64,000 nt of DNA from contig OZ176050.1 in assembly GCA_964247055.1 (NCBI GenBank), positions 4,836,001 through 4,900,000 of the forward strand. Reading direction: 5' to 3'. The notes beneath the pieces were generated by a model. The model had not been told where the DNA came from. It saw only the letters and a program-made list of their open reading frames with translations, and did no database searches. The DNA is from Paragordius varius (lineage: Eukaryota; Animalia; Nematomorpha). Below, in pieces: positions 49,901 to 63,841 of the stretch; the first letter of the stretch is position 1; every line of letters begins with the position of its first letter. Position numbers and translations under genes: made by a program.

Positions 49901-52900
49901 CAGATTCATCTGTATACTTTTGATTTGGAATGCTATATAATGCATTCCTTCCATTTTCCATATCATAGCTATCAGTTAATGGTATACTTTGCAAATTATC
50001 ATTTTTGGTATGTGAATGATTTTGACTTTTGGAATTTTTGACATTATTCTTAATTAATTGTTTAATGGTTTCTTTATCATTTTTGACATATTGTATCTTA
50101 ACTATTGGTGGTTTTATACCTTCATTTTCTTGATGCCTTTCGACTGTCACCTAACATAATATGTGGAATTTTTTAAATATATCAATTTTTTAAATTGGTT
50201 TATTTTTTAAGAATTATAATATAAATTATACAGGCTTCTCCAACACAATTTTTCGATGGTAATAAAACGGATTCTCTGTCACATTGTTCGTTGAACCGAC
50301 CGGGAACAGGGGAAATAGCTTTGTGTTGAAATGTTTGAATTTTTGCAAGGCTTTTACCTTGCGACAACATATGAGAGATGCCGATACCGATACTACAAGT
50401 AGAAAAGACATGATAAAGGCGACGCTTTTAAACCATTTATGCCGGCTCAGGAAGGTCGATGTCTCTAGTGTCACAAGTTCCGAAGCCTTCTGTTGGGCCT
50501 TGATAAGTAACATTTGCATTTGGGAGACGGATCCATTAACAACCGTATAATTATTGTTAGGTGGTGGAAGAGCTATAATTTATGAGTATATGTAGGCATA
50601 TGAGTTTATTAAAAATCATAAAGCAATCGCAAGACGGCTTCAAATCAAAAAATCTTACTCAATTTTCCCTTTTATTTCTAAAAAAGATTTTTAAATGACA
50701 TTTTAAAAGGAGATATCTTATAAATTTGGCCCAATATAAAATGTTTATTGAGGTATAAAGTTTTGGTTTTTACGCAAAATTATAAATTTATTTTAAATAT
50801 TATAATTTACCATCAATAACTCGTAACCATGCGGATGCTTTGGATGTTCCTATCGAGTTAGATGCACTACAATAGTATTGCCCAGCATCTTTTCTGGTTA
50901 CATTGGTTAATATTAAAGTAGTTGGATCTTCCTGGTCTTGCGACGTCTAAAATAAATTAGGACAATAGATAAAAAAATTTATAGTTTCATATTTATATTG
51001 GAATGGCATTTTAGGATCGACTGTCAAAATTTAGCACAACTTATATATGCTTTTCCTTAATAAACCGAACAGAAACATTCTTTAAATTAAATTTATAAAT
51101 GCATATTGTATTTATACTTGTATAACGTGGGCATATAAAATGCCATCGTCATTTTTGTTTGATCCATTAATGTGATAAACTTTCATCCAATGTATGGATA
51201 CTTCCATATCCACGAACAAGGGGCAATTCAAAACTGCCGTTTGGCCCAAATAAACCGTCACATTTTGCGGGTAACCAGGAATAATTAGGGGTCGATGTGG
51301 AAAAATTTCTATGCAATCATAATTATATTGTTAAATAAAACATAAGGCATTGGAATTATTTGAATTTGTTCGGTAAATAATTACGCAAAAAAAATTGGTA
51401 AAAGTAAAATAAAAAGATAATCTTTTACCAATAACATCAAGCATAAAACTAGCGTTTATGGAACCATGTTCATTTTGGACAACGCATGTGTAGTTTCCTT
51501 TATCGAACGTCATTAAATATTCCAGGATTAAAAGCCATTTTCGTTTCTAATAATCAATTATATTTGGGATATTAATTAGGATTTTGAAAACAACTACAAG
51601 TGCTCAATTATTAATACAATTAGTTAGATTTTATTTGAATCAATTTTTAATTGGTTCGGTTTCAGTTAATTTTATTCTCTATCATAGATATATAGGTTTA
51701 AGTTAATGTGACCATATATTTTGAACTTTGACGCAGTACTTTATATGTTATTAACCATCGGTGTGGTCGTATATCACACAGTTTCCACAAAAAATACCCA
51801 GATCAAATATATATATTCTGATAGGAAAATATCAGGATTTATGGTGGTCTTGGTTCTAACCTTTACGAGTTATTAAAGAAAGTTAATTACACTTTTGTGG
51901 TAAGTGCTCCGCATAAAAGTGCAAAGGGCGCAATTTTTTCAATGCTTTATTACAAAAAATATCACTAAAATATATAAACTACATTAAAAAGCAAAATAAT
52001 ATTTTTAAAAATTTTAAATTATTAGATTGGGCTCTGAAAGTCCCAAATTTTTTGGCTCTTTTAAAATGGACTGTAAAATAAACACAAAAATTCCGACATT
52101 GTGCAATAATTTATATATACTTAGTTTTGATATCAATTAAATATATAAAAAAATGTATGCTTTTAAAAATTTAATTTTTAGCAAAATTTTGTTGAAGCAT
52201 ACTCATATTATTTCAGCATGATGGAAACGATATAAACGGTTGAGATGTTATAAAACTATATATATATATATATATAATTCGATAATGCTATAATATTTTC
52301 ACTCAGAATGATTAAAATATTTGTTCGATTTGAAATTTATGTTAAATAAAATTGTAATTTTTACAAAATTCACCAAACTTTGCAAAAAACAAACCTTTGA
52401 ATTAAAATTCTTATAGAAAAAAAGTTTTATTATATCTTAAAGCGTTATACCGTTTTCATCATGATTCAAAACAGTTTGTAGTACGCTTCAACTAAACTCA
52501 AATTTGTTTGTGCAAAAAAATAAGAAAACTAATAAAAATTAAAGTTTAAAAAAAATTAAAAATAATATACCTCCCGCCTAATGAGTATAGAAAACGTAAA
52601 AAACTCTTAATTTTTTATTGCGAAAAATAATTCGAAATCATTGCCAAATATATAATAAATTCTAAATATACGGAAATAACAATTTTTACAATTGTCCGTA
52701 CAATAATTATAACAAAAAATGAACTTTCTAAACCTGTTCAAACATTTATTAAAATATCATAAATTAATTTTATTTATTTTAAATTTTGAGGCACCTCTTT
52801 TTGCGGAAGCCCTGAGTGAAAGAGCCATTAGCCTAAATCTAACGGTGTGAAGTCCGAGCTTATTGTTTCGCCACTGCGCGAAAAGCTGAAATCCCAAGTT

Positions 52901-55900
52901 TTATGTATAATAGCAGAAAATAAAATATCAACCAATTAAAAATAGTCTAATCTTAGTTTTTTACCGCAAAATAAACCTTTTTTTTTACAAATTATGGGGT
53001 TATTTTTACAGAGGGTATTATATTAAATTCTAAAATAATTTTTTTAAAAAACAAAAGGTAATTAAAATATATTTAAAAAAATTAATTTTTTTAATCTTAA
53101 AAAGCAGTACAAAAGTGGGCGCAGTACAGTCGCAGTTTTTTTCCGAAAACCCAGTACTGTACTGCGAAAAACAGCCTATCTGGTCACATTAGTTTAAGTG
53201 AATGATTACAAACAAACCTTAATTCTTTCATTATCGATGGGGAGTATATTCCCATTTTTAAACCAGGTTATGTTGGGTTTGGGATTAGCCACAGCCGGAC
53301 ACCTTATGACAGCTCTTGTTCCAGCGGCATTTACAATTTCTCGATATTTCCAGGATTCGGCTTCGATAAATTTTGGAGGACCTAACAAACAATATAGATT
53401 TTATACCTGGGGAAGTGTATGTTAAAAATTAAACTCATTATCACCCCCAATTCAAAAAAGTGCATGCATTGGTTAAAAGATATCGCCCTTAATAATGTAT
53501 TTCATGCAAGAGGGTTAGAAACACAAATTTTAAGACTGATGTATTTTAGTTTTTAGGTTTCTTCATAAATTAATTTTACTTTAATAGCAAAATTGAGGGA
53601 ATTACGCATTATATTTTATGAAATTTATTAAAAAAATTAAGCTGAAATGCGTATATTATAAAAATATGTATTTTAATTTTCGACTTTTATATTAAAGTCT
53701 TTTTTGATAAAGACTTTACTATAAAAGTCGAAAATTAAAATATATATTTTTATATATACGCATTTTTTCAGCTTAATTTAATAATTTTACTTTATTTTAT
53801 ATTAAATGTTTGCTGGCTTATTTAATTTTTATTCATATTTAATATAATTTATATTTTGCTATATTGGAGCACCTAAGTTAAATGCCTGAAATTTGCAATC
53901 GCGCAATAGCCATATATTCAATGAATTTTAGGATAAAATTTTTGGGTATTTGGAGTAACAATTGACATTCCAAATACAGTAAAGGTTTAAATTATATAGA
54001 CAAATAAAATTATAAAGACCATATATTTTAAACGCTATACTTTTTTAAACTTGATTTTTTTATATATAACTCATTGTTTTTAACTGCAAAGTATGATATA
54101 GAGATGTAAAATAGTAACACAATCACTTATATATTATTCAATTGTGATTTAATAGTTTAAACAGGAATCTTTATGTTTTGTATTTTTCTGTATAATTTCA
54201 ATTTTTATTTAATTTTTTCCAGTATTTTTGTCCTTCCAATCACATATGAAGTAATTGCATGCATTCAATCAACTGTGTTTACTGTGTTTACTGTGTTTAC
54301 CGTGTTTTAAAGCAGTCGAATTTTGTATAAAACCAACTTTGTTAGCGAAAGAATTAATTCGAATATTGTTTCAAAAGACTTTTATAATTAATTTATAACA
54401 TCATAAGAGAAGCCCTAGTTTAAGAATAGTCGCTAAAAAATTTGCTAAGATAAAATTAAGTAAATAAACAACTCATTGTCACGTAAGTTTCAATATTTGG
54501 CCTTAAAACATGCCCTATAAAAATACCTTGTCCTTAGTAATATTTTTCGCATGTCGTTTTCGTAAAAATGACCTACAAACAATAACTTTTTATATTTATC
54601 CCATCATGCAAATAATATATTGGGTGTAAACGGTTATGATCAACATATTCAAAAAACTGGTCAAAACTATTCCATTCACGCAAAAATTTAATAAAAATAT
54701 CAGGGGTTAGTCGTAGATAGATGTCAACAAAAGTAACCTAATATAAGGTTAGATTTGAAGGCTTCAGCGTTACGGGCTGATATAAATAATCCTGGGGTCG
54801 TAACAAATATCTCCTCCTCAAATTCACCTTTATTGTAAAAATTATTACATTATTGAAATAATTTGTTAACGAATCGATTTATAAAACTGCAAGTACACAA
54901 ATAGTTATAAAATTATTATTATAACTATAGTAAGAAATTTGTACTGCAGTTGGATTGGCTCAATATATAATGTATAAACTGTTCTTAAATAAAAACATCT
55001 AAAAATGATGAATTTATATTTTTAAAATTAAGTAAAAATATATTTTGTTAGTTTATTTAAGAAATAACTTTCCATTTGAATGAGTTATGATGTATATATT
55101 AATAAATATGAAAAATTGTATTGAATTTTTTTATGATTTGTAAAAAAATATTTATATAAAACATGGATAGAGAATATAGGATATATCATACTTAGGGGCA
55201 GGACATCGATTCGAAAATCGCGTTCTATCATAAACGGTTTCCAGTCAGGGTGTGTCAGTTGATAGGGGGACATTCTTTCAGGCACATCTCCTAACAAAAG
55301 TTTTACACTATTGAACTCTGGATCCTTGCTAGTATCCACGGCAACCACGAGACATTTATAGTTTCCTTCATCTCGTATTTTTATACGTCCAAACCATAGT
55401 TCATCATTTAGGGCAGATCGTGAACGGAAAAACACTCGTTTTCTCCCAATGCTTGAGGGGTTGGGTGCCGTCGAATTGGTACTATTTGAGAGCGTTATAT
55501 TTGTGTTATTCATATTGTTGGTAGTAATAGATATTGGGGCCATAGTATATGTCGGCATTTCATCACGCGGGTCATATATTTGACCATCTTTGTACCAAAT
55601 GACAAAAATCTGTATCAATTTCCGCAAATGATTCAAATCTTCGGCCGATGTCTGGGAATGGCCTGAACGCGGCACAAGCACAACATTACATCCCAACTTT
55701 ATTAACTCATCTTCCGGGATTTCGATTAAACCGCCGTTCATTTTGCTGTTACGGAATCGGACGGAAAAGAAATCTATATAATATTTGTTGGCAATTATCT
55801 AAAATATTAGATACAATTTTGCTTATCTTACAAATTTACTTTGTTGTATATACGTGGTTTGACTGAAAGCTCTATCAAATTCCAAACCCAATTCAGAGAA

Positions 55901-56305
55901 TGTTACTTATCAATAAAAATGGTAGTTTTTACTCAAAAATAAGGGTTATTATGGATTTTAGATTAAAAGCCTATTTTAAATATTGTTTTTATTCAAAAAA
56001 TCTTTTTCGCTAAATAAAAATCATTCTTGAATCACAATTTAATTATTTACATACCCCCAATTAAAGTTAAATAAGTTTCCACACAAATGGGCGATATATT
56101 TTAAAATATTTCAAAAATACTTTTATTGGCTTATTAACTTTTTAAGATAATTGTTGACAGATAAAATTCATAACAATTTATACTAAAAATAAATTATATG
56201 GAATATACCGTTATCCATTCCAGCTTGGGAATCTTGACTCCATACATAACGATGAGTTAAAAAGTAGATTGTGATAAATATAAGTTTTTTGAGGTGATAA
56301 TACAT
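46922..56305 (-). CDS. FGFR: Fibroblast growth factor receptor (signal peptide, 3 Ig domains, TM, split tyrosine kinase), multi-exon
   Basis: Putative signal exon 56305-56209 ([25 protein letters not shown]). Ig[21 protein letters not shown] and [17 protein letters not shown]; IgII-III linker EIFPHRPLI; IgIII DAGQYYC; [22 protein letters not shown]. Kinase [69 protein letters not shown]; tail EYQDL (Y766-like). Confidence 0.93.
51777..52500 (+). mobile_element. Third, degraded copy of the foldback MITE family, in an FGFR intron
   Basis: CACAGTTTCCACAAAAA start; GATCAAATATATATATTCTGA, GGGCTCTGAAAGTCCCA and TTTTGTTGAAGCATAC blocks shared with the other copies. Confidence 0.55.
53634..53779. 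repeat. Imperfect 146-bp palindrome in an FGFR intron
   Basis: Arms AATTAAGCTG..ATGCGTATA..TTTTAATTTTCGACTTTTATA..AAAGTCTTT and reverse complement, around a 6-nt loop (53703-53708). Confidence 0.85.
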
Positions 56306-59300
56306 GTTAGTTTTGTTAAGTTTTTTCCAGGCAATTCAATTGGAATTTTGATTCATCATTCGAGTCGCAATGCTAAATCTTAGATGATAAAAATGAAGCA
56401 AAATAGTTTATAAATTGGTTTAGATTTTTATAGATATTAAATATATATCTGGATGGATAAAATCGGAAATGAAAGGGAGATCATCATTTATATATTTCAT
56501 TGATTTGTAATTATTAATTACATGTGGTGTTGATTAACTTTACAGGTGAATATAACATTATTTGATATACACCAATTACTTAAATCCATATTAGTTTTTC
56601 CGGATATTCTGAGTCTATTTTTTATAATTCATGTGTTTCCAATAGCGGCTCAAAAAGATGATGTTTTATAAAAATATGATACCCTAAGAAGTTTTATTAA
56701 AAGTACTTAAAAGGTATAATACATATATAAAACATGTGTGTCATTTATATTACAATTAATTGCAATCATTTATATTTCAAGTGGATAGGAAATGAATTGT
56801 TGTAATTATTTATCTTTGTCGGTTAATATTTTTCAAAAAAATTTTAATAATCAACGAAAAAATTAGTGTTATATACAAATTTAAAGATCCGAGCACCATT
56901 CTTAAAAAAAGAATTTTTTCTAAAAATATAAAATTTTTGCAAAAAGCCGTATATGTATGTATATATGCATCTGCATATTTTTGGATAAAAAACCACATTT
57001 TATTTATCATTTTTTTGACCACACATCCCTCATGATAATAATTTTAATTTTGAAAATTTGTTATAAAATTTATCGTATTTTTATAATATACCCTTAACCA
57101 ATACTTTTTTAAGTAAAAAAATTGATTTTACAATATAGATATACAGTAATATATTGAATAGTTATTAATATAACTCAAACAAAATCTCATAAAAAATGAA
57201 ATATTTTAAAATATGAATCAAAATTTTGGGTATTTGTTTTAAGCATGACTAATAAAATATAATAAATGAATTTTTAGAAATTTATATTTTCTATATTTCA
57301 AAAAGGAAAATATGAACTTAGTAAATATATTAACCAATATATATGCCGAAATATAAAATTCGGCATTTTTAATTAAATTATATAATAAACATTACTCAAT
57401 GAATTTCCAAATTAGAAAATATTTTTCATGGTGAATTAATTAAGATAAAGAATAGTCCACAAAGGTGTCAAACATTTCAACACACACTTCACAGGGATAT
57501 GATTTGAAAGATTTCGTTAAAAAAATTGGCAATATATATGGTTTTCGTTCGGTATTATAATTTTTTTAAAGTGTTAACAAATAGTATTGTTATATATAAA
57601 ATATATAACAATAATTCGTTAAATGTTTAATTGTTATATATTATTTGATTGAGCCTTTAACGATTAAATCGATCGATGGTATATTATACTGATTGATATC
57701 TGTTGGTTCACATCATGTTAAAATTTGGATACGAAAAATAAGTAAAAAAACGTACATCAGGTAAAATAGATATTTTTTATTTCATTTCATCGTATTTAAG
57801 ATGATTTTAATGTAAATAATATATGTTGCTATTCTATCTCCCTACCTTATAGATTAGATAATGTGTTATTGAAAAAAAAAAACGTATTTCTCAAAATAAG
57901 GCGATTAATTTGTTGAAATAAAAAATGTAATAATAAAATTGAATGTTACAAAAAAGGTGTAGTAAAAACAAAATTTCATGTAAAATATCCAATTTTTGAT
58001 TTAAACACGTGGAATTTTGTGCAGGAATAAGTCAATTAATAATTTTAATATCAAAGATTCATAGGAATATCAAACATTTGCAATGCATAAATACAGGAAT
58101 ATTCTAGCCGTAAGTTTAGAAAATTAAAAGTTTTTTTAATTAATAGTTGGAAAAAATTTTCAATTTTTCCAATTAAATATTGAGAATCGCGGAACAGAAC
58201 ATCCACACGAATTCATTTTACATTATTTTAACGGTTCAAAGACAGTCTTCGGTTATGAAAGAAAGTAACTGACAAACATACAATAGCAGAATGTTTCAAT
58301 ACAAAAATATATATGAATAAATATAGATAGTATCAAATAAATTAATATACTATTATTGCTTTTTAAATTACAACAAACTTGTAGCGATTAGAAAATTCGT
58401 AAAATAAGCTCTGTAACTCAACGTATGTATGTATGTATATCTCTAAGTAAATAATAAATAGATAAATAAGTTTAAGGTGTTGTTTATTTGCGTTTTTATA
58501 GTGTGTCAATAACTATTTTTATTTTTAAACCAGGTAATATCAAGGCTCAATGTTGCAGCTACATTGCATTTCCAAAGAAATTGGCCGGATTCGTTGGTTT
58601 ATTTTTCCGCCTATTAATTTTAAAATAGAGGCTAAAATTTATTAAATGCATCAATCGGAATATTTCGTAGAAACTTAAAATATTGCGTAAAATTTTCTTA
58701 AGGGCGTACCTGAATGTTAAAAAATGGATTTTATTTGTGTTTTAATTTAAATATGGGTTATACGAAAATTTTTTCAAAAAAATATTTACTCAATGGCCTA
58801 ATATCAGATGTAATTTCGCATGTATTAAAACTATTAATCAAAAGCAGGCATACATATTATCCTAACTTTTAAATCATTAATATTATTTATTCAAACTTAA
58901 TCTCATTGCTTATTGATTATTTCATTATTTATTAATAAATGTTTAGACGTCATTGTTTCTAAAAATGAATTACTAATACTGTCTCGCTTATTACAGCATA
59001 TATTGATAATTCCTCTGATTATATTATCATGTAGCAATAAAGAAGAGAGGATTGATTTTTTTTCGTAGACAACTTTCACAAAGATGTGTTATACTTCTTT
59101 TATCTGGATATCCATATGATGTGCAATATATGACCCTATAATGTCATAAAAAAATTATAAAATATAATAATATTTTTTGAAAATAAAAAAGGTGTACCCG
59201 GATACAAAACCATTTCATTCCATAAAGTTTTTTAAGTCGGTTTGGGGTTTAAAATTTTAAATAGGAAAAAACCATATTTGGGAATTGGTTAACCAATGGT

Positions 59301-62300
59301 CTCATAAAAGTATTATTATTATCTATTTTGGAAAACTAAAAATTTATATATACCTTTTGTTTATCTTCAACTACACATCTTTACCTAATGAGTTCAACCA
59401 GATTGTTTTTGGATATTAGTTTTAAAGCTTAGCGCATCTTCAAATTCCCTAATTTTTTATTAACTTCTTAAACAATCAAAATTATCATTTTTATAAGTTT
59501 ATATAAAAAAAATTTGTTGCCAGAAACCATCTTTAAAAGCTACTTGATTCGTATAAAAAACCAACATAAGGGTAAAGAATATCATTAATTTAACACAGAA
59601 TGATAAGGAATATACCATATGCGGTAAATGCCAAATATTTTGCATACTTTCTCGCACAAATTAGTTAATAGTGTTTTATTAATGAGTTATTAGGCTTTTG
59701 GCAATTGGTCTTAATGAATAGCTGTACCCTGTCACGTTGCTGTGAAATCTAAGAAGATAAATTAAATTTGTACATTCGAGCGTTCAATTATGCTCACAGT
59801 TAAGGTATAAAATAAAATAATCTGTTTTCAATCAAATTAAAGAATATATTATTTAAAAATTAGACATGAGATTTTGTCACACCCCTATAGGAATGGTGCC
59901 ATTCGAAACAATACAAGTCCCAAATATTGTATGTTGTTTTAAACTTATTATGTATACAAGTCTCATTTTAGGATGCTCAGATTATTGTTAATTGTTTGCT
60001 CTATGGATTGTCCCACTGCCCTTAACAATGTCATTATTCGATAAATAATTATAACATTTGTGGAGTTTTCGAATATAATCATCAATAGCCTAAATATTAT
60101 AGAAACATCATGTTAGCAATATATTTGTCCATTTAAATATTTTTTGTGGAATATTTTAGGGATCGAACCATTTGCGGAAAATTCTGCTCAAAATAATTAA
60201 TTTTAGAATTAGCCCTTGTTAGCCTGTGATACAGTAAAACATGCTCTTTAATTTCTTAAAAAAAAGTAAAATTTTATTTGAACCATGCTTGATCAAAGTG
60301 CTTATTTGGTCTGACACAAACATTAAATTAAGCATTTTTACTAATCATATTATTTCTTCGGTGTAAATTGTAAACATTTTATATTTTATCTTTTAGCAAG
60401 AATTGAAAAATTAGCACACATTATGTTGAAAACATTTAGTAGTGTTAATTTATAATAATATATAATATGGATTATATTCAAAGAATGTTTGTTTTGAATT
60501 AATTTGTTTTTATCGGCACCCAGAGATCCGAGTGATTTTGTTTAAACAAAAAGGCCTATGCCAAACAGTATAACGAATCACTCTTATTAGATAAAAATTT
60601 GGAAGTATTGACAATGCCGATAAAAAGTAACAAAATAATTTAGTTAACGTAAATATAAAGAGTGTTTTATTTATTTAGCCTCTCGATCTATCCCTACTGA
60701 AAGGAGTGGATTCGGCAATATTAAAATTAACTTTAGGGATTTTATTAGAACCAAATACTATCCAAAATTAAGTTGTGATTGATAATACACATAGTAGTGG
60801 TTAAATTAGTAAAACAGATAATAGGGAAGTAAGAAATATTAAATATTTTTTAGCGCCATCTTGATTTTCAAGATATACCTGTATCTAGGCAGATTTTTTA
60901 TTGGGTAAAAACGTATATTTCTATAAGGGATCATTATTTAGCATTTTAATTATCTAGCATAATGACTGCCACCTACGAAACGACAAAGATTATTAATTTG
61001 ATTTGACACTTTGATTTAAATTGGGGTATCTAAATATCCCAGAATAAATTTTAGTTAGTTTTTAGAAAACTACTGAAGGAAACGGTTCTAGTTTAAATTT
61101 ATTCTATCCTAATAAAAATTATATAAATATGCCAAAATATCTGAATAAAATTTTGTTTTGAAAAAAAAGTTCCATGTCAAACTACTTCGACGCCATTTTT
61201 ATTTTACAAAATTTTTGCAAAATATCGTCCTCATTTAATTTTAAAGGTAAATTAAAGCTAAAATTGATAGAAATAAAAAAGTGGTTTATTTTGTATTTTT
61301 TTATAATTTTACCAATGCACTCATGTCACGTTGACTAAATTTTACCTTTCGGTTTTAGATTAAAATAAGTAATAACAAGTATTTTTGAATAAAATTTTTT
61401 ATATATTTCGGTTTATTTAATGTTCTATAAGTGCAAAATTTTGCCATGGTTTTGATTCCTGCCACATCTTTTAATGAATTTAATTTTAAACAGGCCTGGG
61501 GTATTTAATTACCCCAATTGAAATCGAAGGAATAATTTGAATATATATACCTTCTACAATATGCTTTACAATTAATATATATAAATAATAATATTACGGG
61601 GACCTAAATTTTAAAAAACCTTTGAATTAACATAATAAGACAAACGTAAGATTTTTTTACCCAATGATTCAAATTTGTTATAAAATGTTAATACAAAATT
61701 ACATTATGAATTATAATAACTGTAATTATTTTGTAGTTTTCGTGTTTTTATATTTAGAAAAACACCATATTTTATAATTCAAAAAATAATTGGTTTTGGT
61801 CAATTTTATAAAATCGATCATCAGTAAGTCGTTATTATTAAAAGTTTAAAATAAATGATTGAAATTTGCTAAGAGGTTTCATACTAATTGATAAAAATTA
61901 TTTTATTATAAGGATAAGCCACTAGTTTTTTATGAAATTTATTATTTTTTTTAAAGATTATTTGTTAATTTAATAGCTATATGCATTTTCTCTTTATGGG
62001 AATTTAAGATATTTTAATATATTGCAACCAATTCAAAATTTAGACGTTAAATTATTACTACGAATTATCACAAACCTTAGAAACTATCATAACATTTAAT
62101 AAAATATTTTCTCCTCAATATTTTTGCATTTTGCATTTCATTTTTTATCAATTTCCACAAATATTGGGGCTAGAGAACCTAAGTAGTAATTTTAGAGTTT
62201 AAAAGCTGGTTTTGTACCTAATAATACCTCTAAAAATTATTTAAATTTAAAATTTGTCACACCATGCGTATATTATCGTAAAAATTTTACAATTCTACAT

Positions 62301-62392
62301 ATTTTACTTTTTATTACTACTTGCACAAAATATCGATGGATTTATTAGGTAAAACATCTGCGTAGGTAAAAATATTGTGTTGATACACTTTT

Positions 62393-62999
62393 ATGTTCGT
62401 CATGGATCAGAGCATGGTATCTTTGGACTTTGATATTTTTGAACCATGTGAAGCCGATTTTGATGGATTATATCTGAATTTAACCAAAGTTATTTTTATT
62501 TGTAAGTTAGATTTTGAAAAATGATGCTGAAAAATTTTGTAAAACTTTACTGCAACAACGAAATACGTCCTACCTCATTAAAGTATAAAATAAAAATTAA
62601 AATAGTCAGCCAATGTGAATGTAAATGATGCCGAAGATAACTTTGTATTTGGTCTAATGTCGTTTATAAAAGATGATCAAGTATAATTTTTTATTATAAT
62701 AGTGTTTATCTGCTGATATACTAATTTTAGATTGTTTGTTTAACGATTCTAAAGATTTTGATTGGAAAGCTCACCTGAAGAATTCCTATCTATTTTTAAA
62801 TGACAGGATCGTTGATCTTCCTTATCAAATTTTACCTCCATTATATGAAAATATTGCGTTAGATTTTTTTGCGAATGTCAAATTTCGTTATCTATTATGC
62901 CTAACAAGGGTAATCATTTATGAGAATGAATCAATTGAATGGGTTTGCCCGGATATGAAATATTTTTTTCAGGTTTTACATAGTTTGGCTACAAATTAA
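62393..62999 (+). CDS. BCCIP: BCCIP/BCP1 homologue, exons 62393-62488, 62511-62582, 62606-62680, 62703-onward (3' end unresolved)
   Basis: VSLDFDIFEPCEADFDGL, KTLLQQRNTSYLIK, DNFVFGLMSF, LFLNDRIVDLPYQILPPLYENI and FRYLLCL align with BCCIP motifs (VNIEFE, DYDGI, LLIQQN..SVIK, EVFGFIS, SERFINVPPQI). Confidence 0.8.
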
Positions 63000-63110
63000 G
63001 CGCTACTAGCTTTAAAATATTTATAAATAACATTTTTTATATTTGATATATATTCTCTAATTACTGGCTATTTAAAAGATAAATATAAATATCACATAAA
63101 TAATACGATT

Positions 63111-63147
<37 letters not shown>

Positions 63148-63841
63148 AAAATTATTATGAGTCAACTGCAGAAATACCCTAATACCTAAATCATGTATCT
63201 AGGTTGAATATATTTTTATGTATGGCCTTCAAAATTTTTTTTAAATAGTCCAATAATGCGGCGATATTTTGCACACTAATTGAAAATTCATTTTATCATC
63301 TTTATTCGAATACCTATATTAGTATCCGCTAAGGATAACCAAAACCGTTTTTGTAGAACCGGAACGATAAATTATAAAAACGATTGCTAAAAATAAATTT
63401 TTTTACTTTTTATGTGAATTTTAATTAATATTTTTTGGATTTTAATATTGTCAGACAAGTTTTTGTGCGGCAAAAAATGGTTTGAATCAAAAATAAAATC
63501 TAAAATAAGAACAATAAACATTTATTAAAAATTTTAATAAGCTAGCATTTTTTTGCAAAAGATATTAACTTTAAACATTTTGCCCTATTCTTTTGGGTTT
63601 TAACTGGTACCAGCAAATTTATAGCGGGTAATTAAATTATAAAATTGATTAAAATTATTATTATGGGAACAAAAAACCTCCAAGATATATGTAAATTAAT
63701 GTGCAAAATAAAATTTCAAAAAAGTTATTTTTTCTCCAGAGTCAAAACTAACTCTCTACAAAAAAATCGAAGTCACAAAATAATTTTTTGAATCTTTTTT
63801 AAAAATCATATTTTTATACGCCATTTACGTATATCCCATAG

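Noticed and set aside
59725-59745. TACCCTGT matching the miR-10 5' end
   Set aside because: Only 8 nt match and no convincing precursor hairpin.
62502-62609. Alternative 108-nt BCCIP intron using the internal GTAAGT donor
   Set aside because: It is in frame but deletes the conserved LLQQ..IK exon; possible only as a minor isoform.
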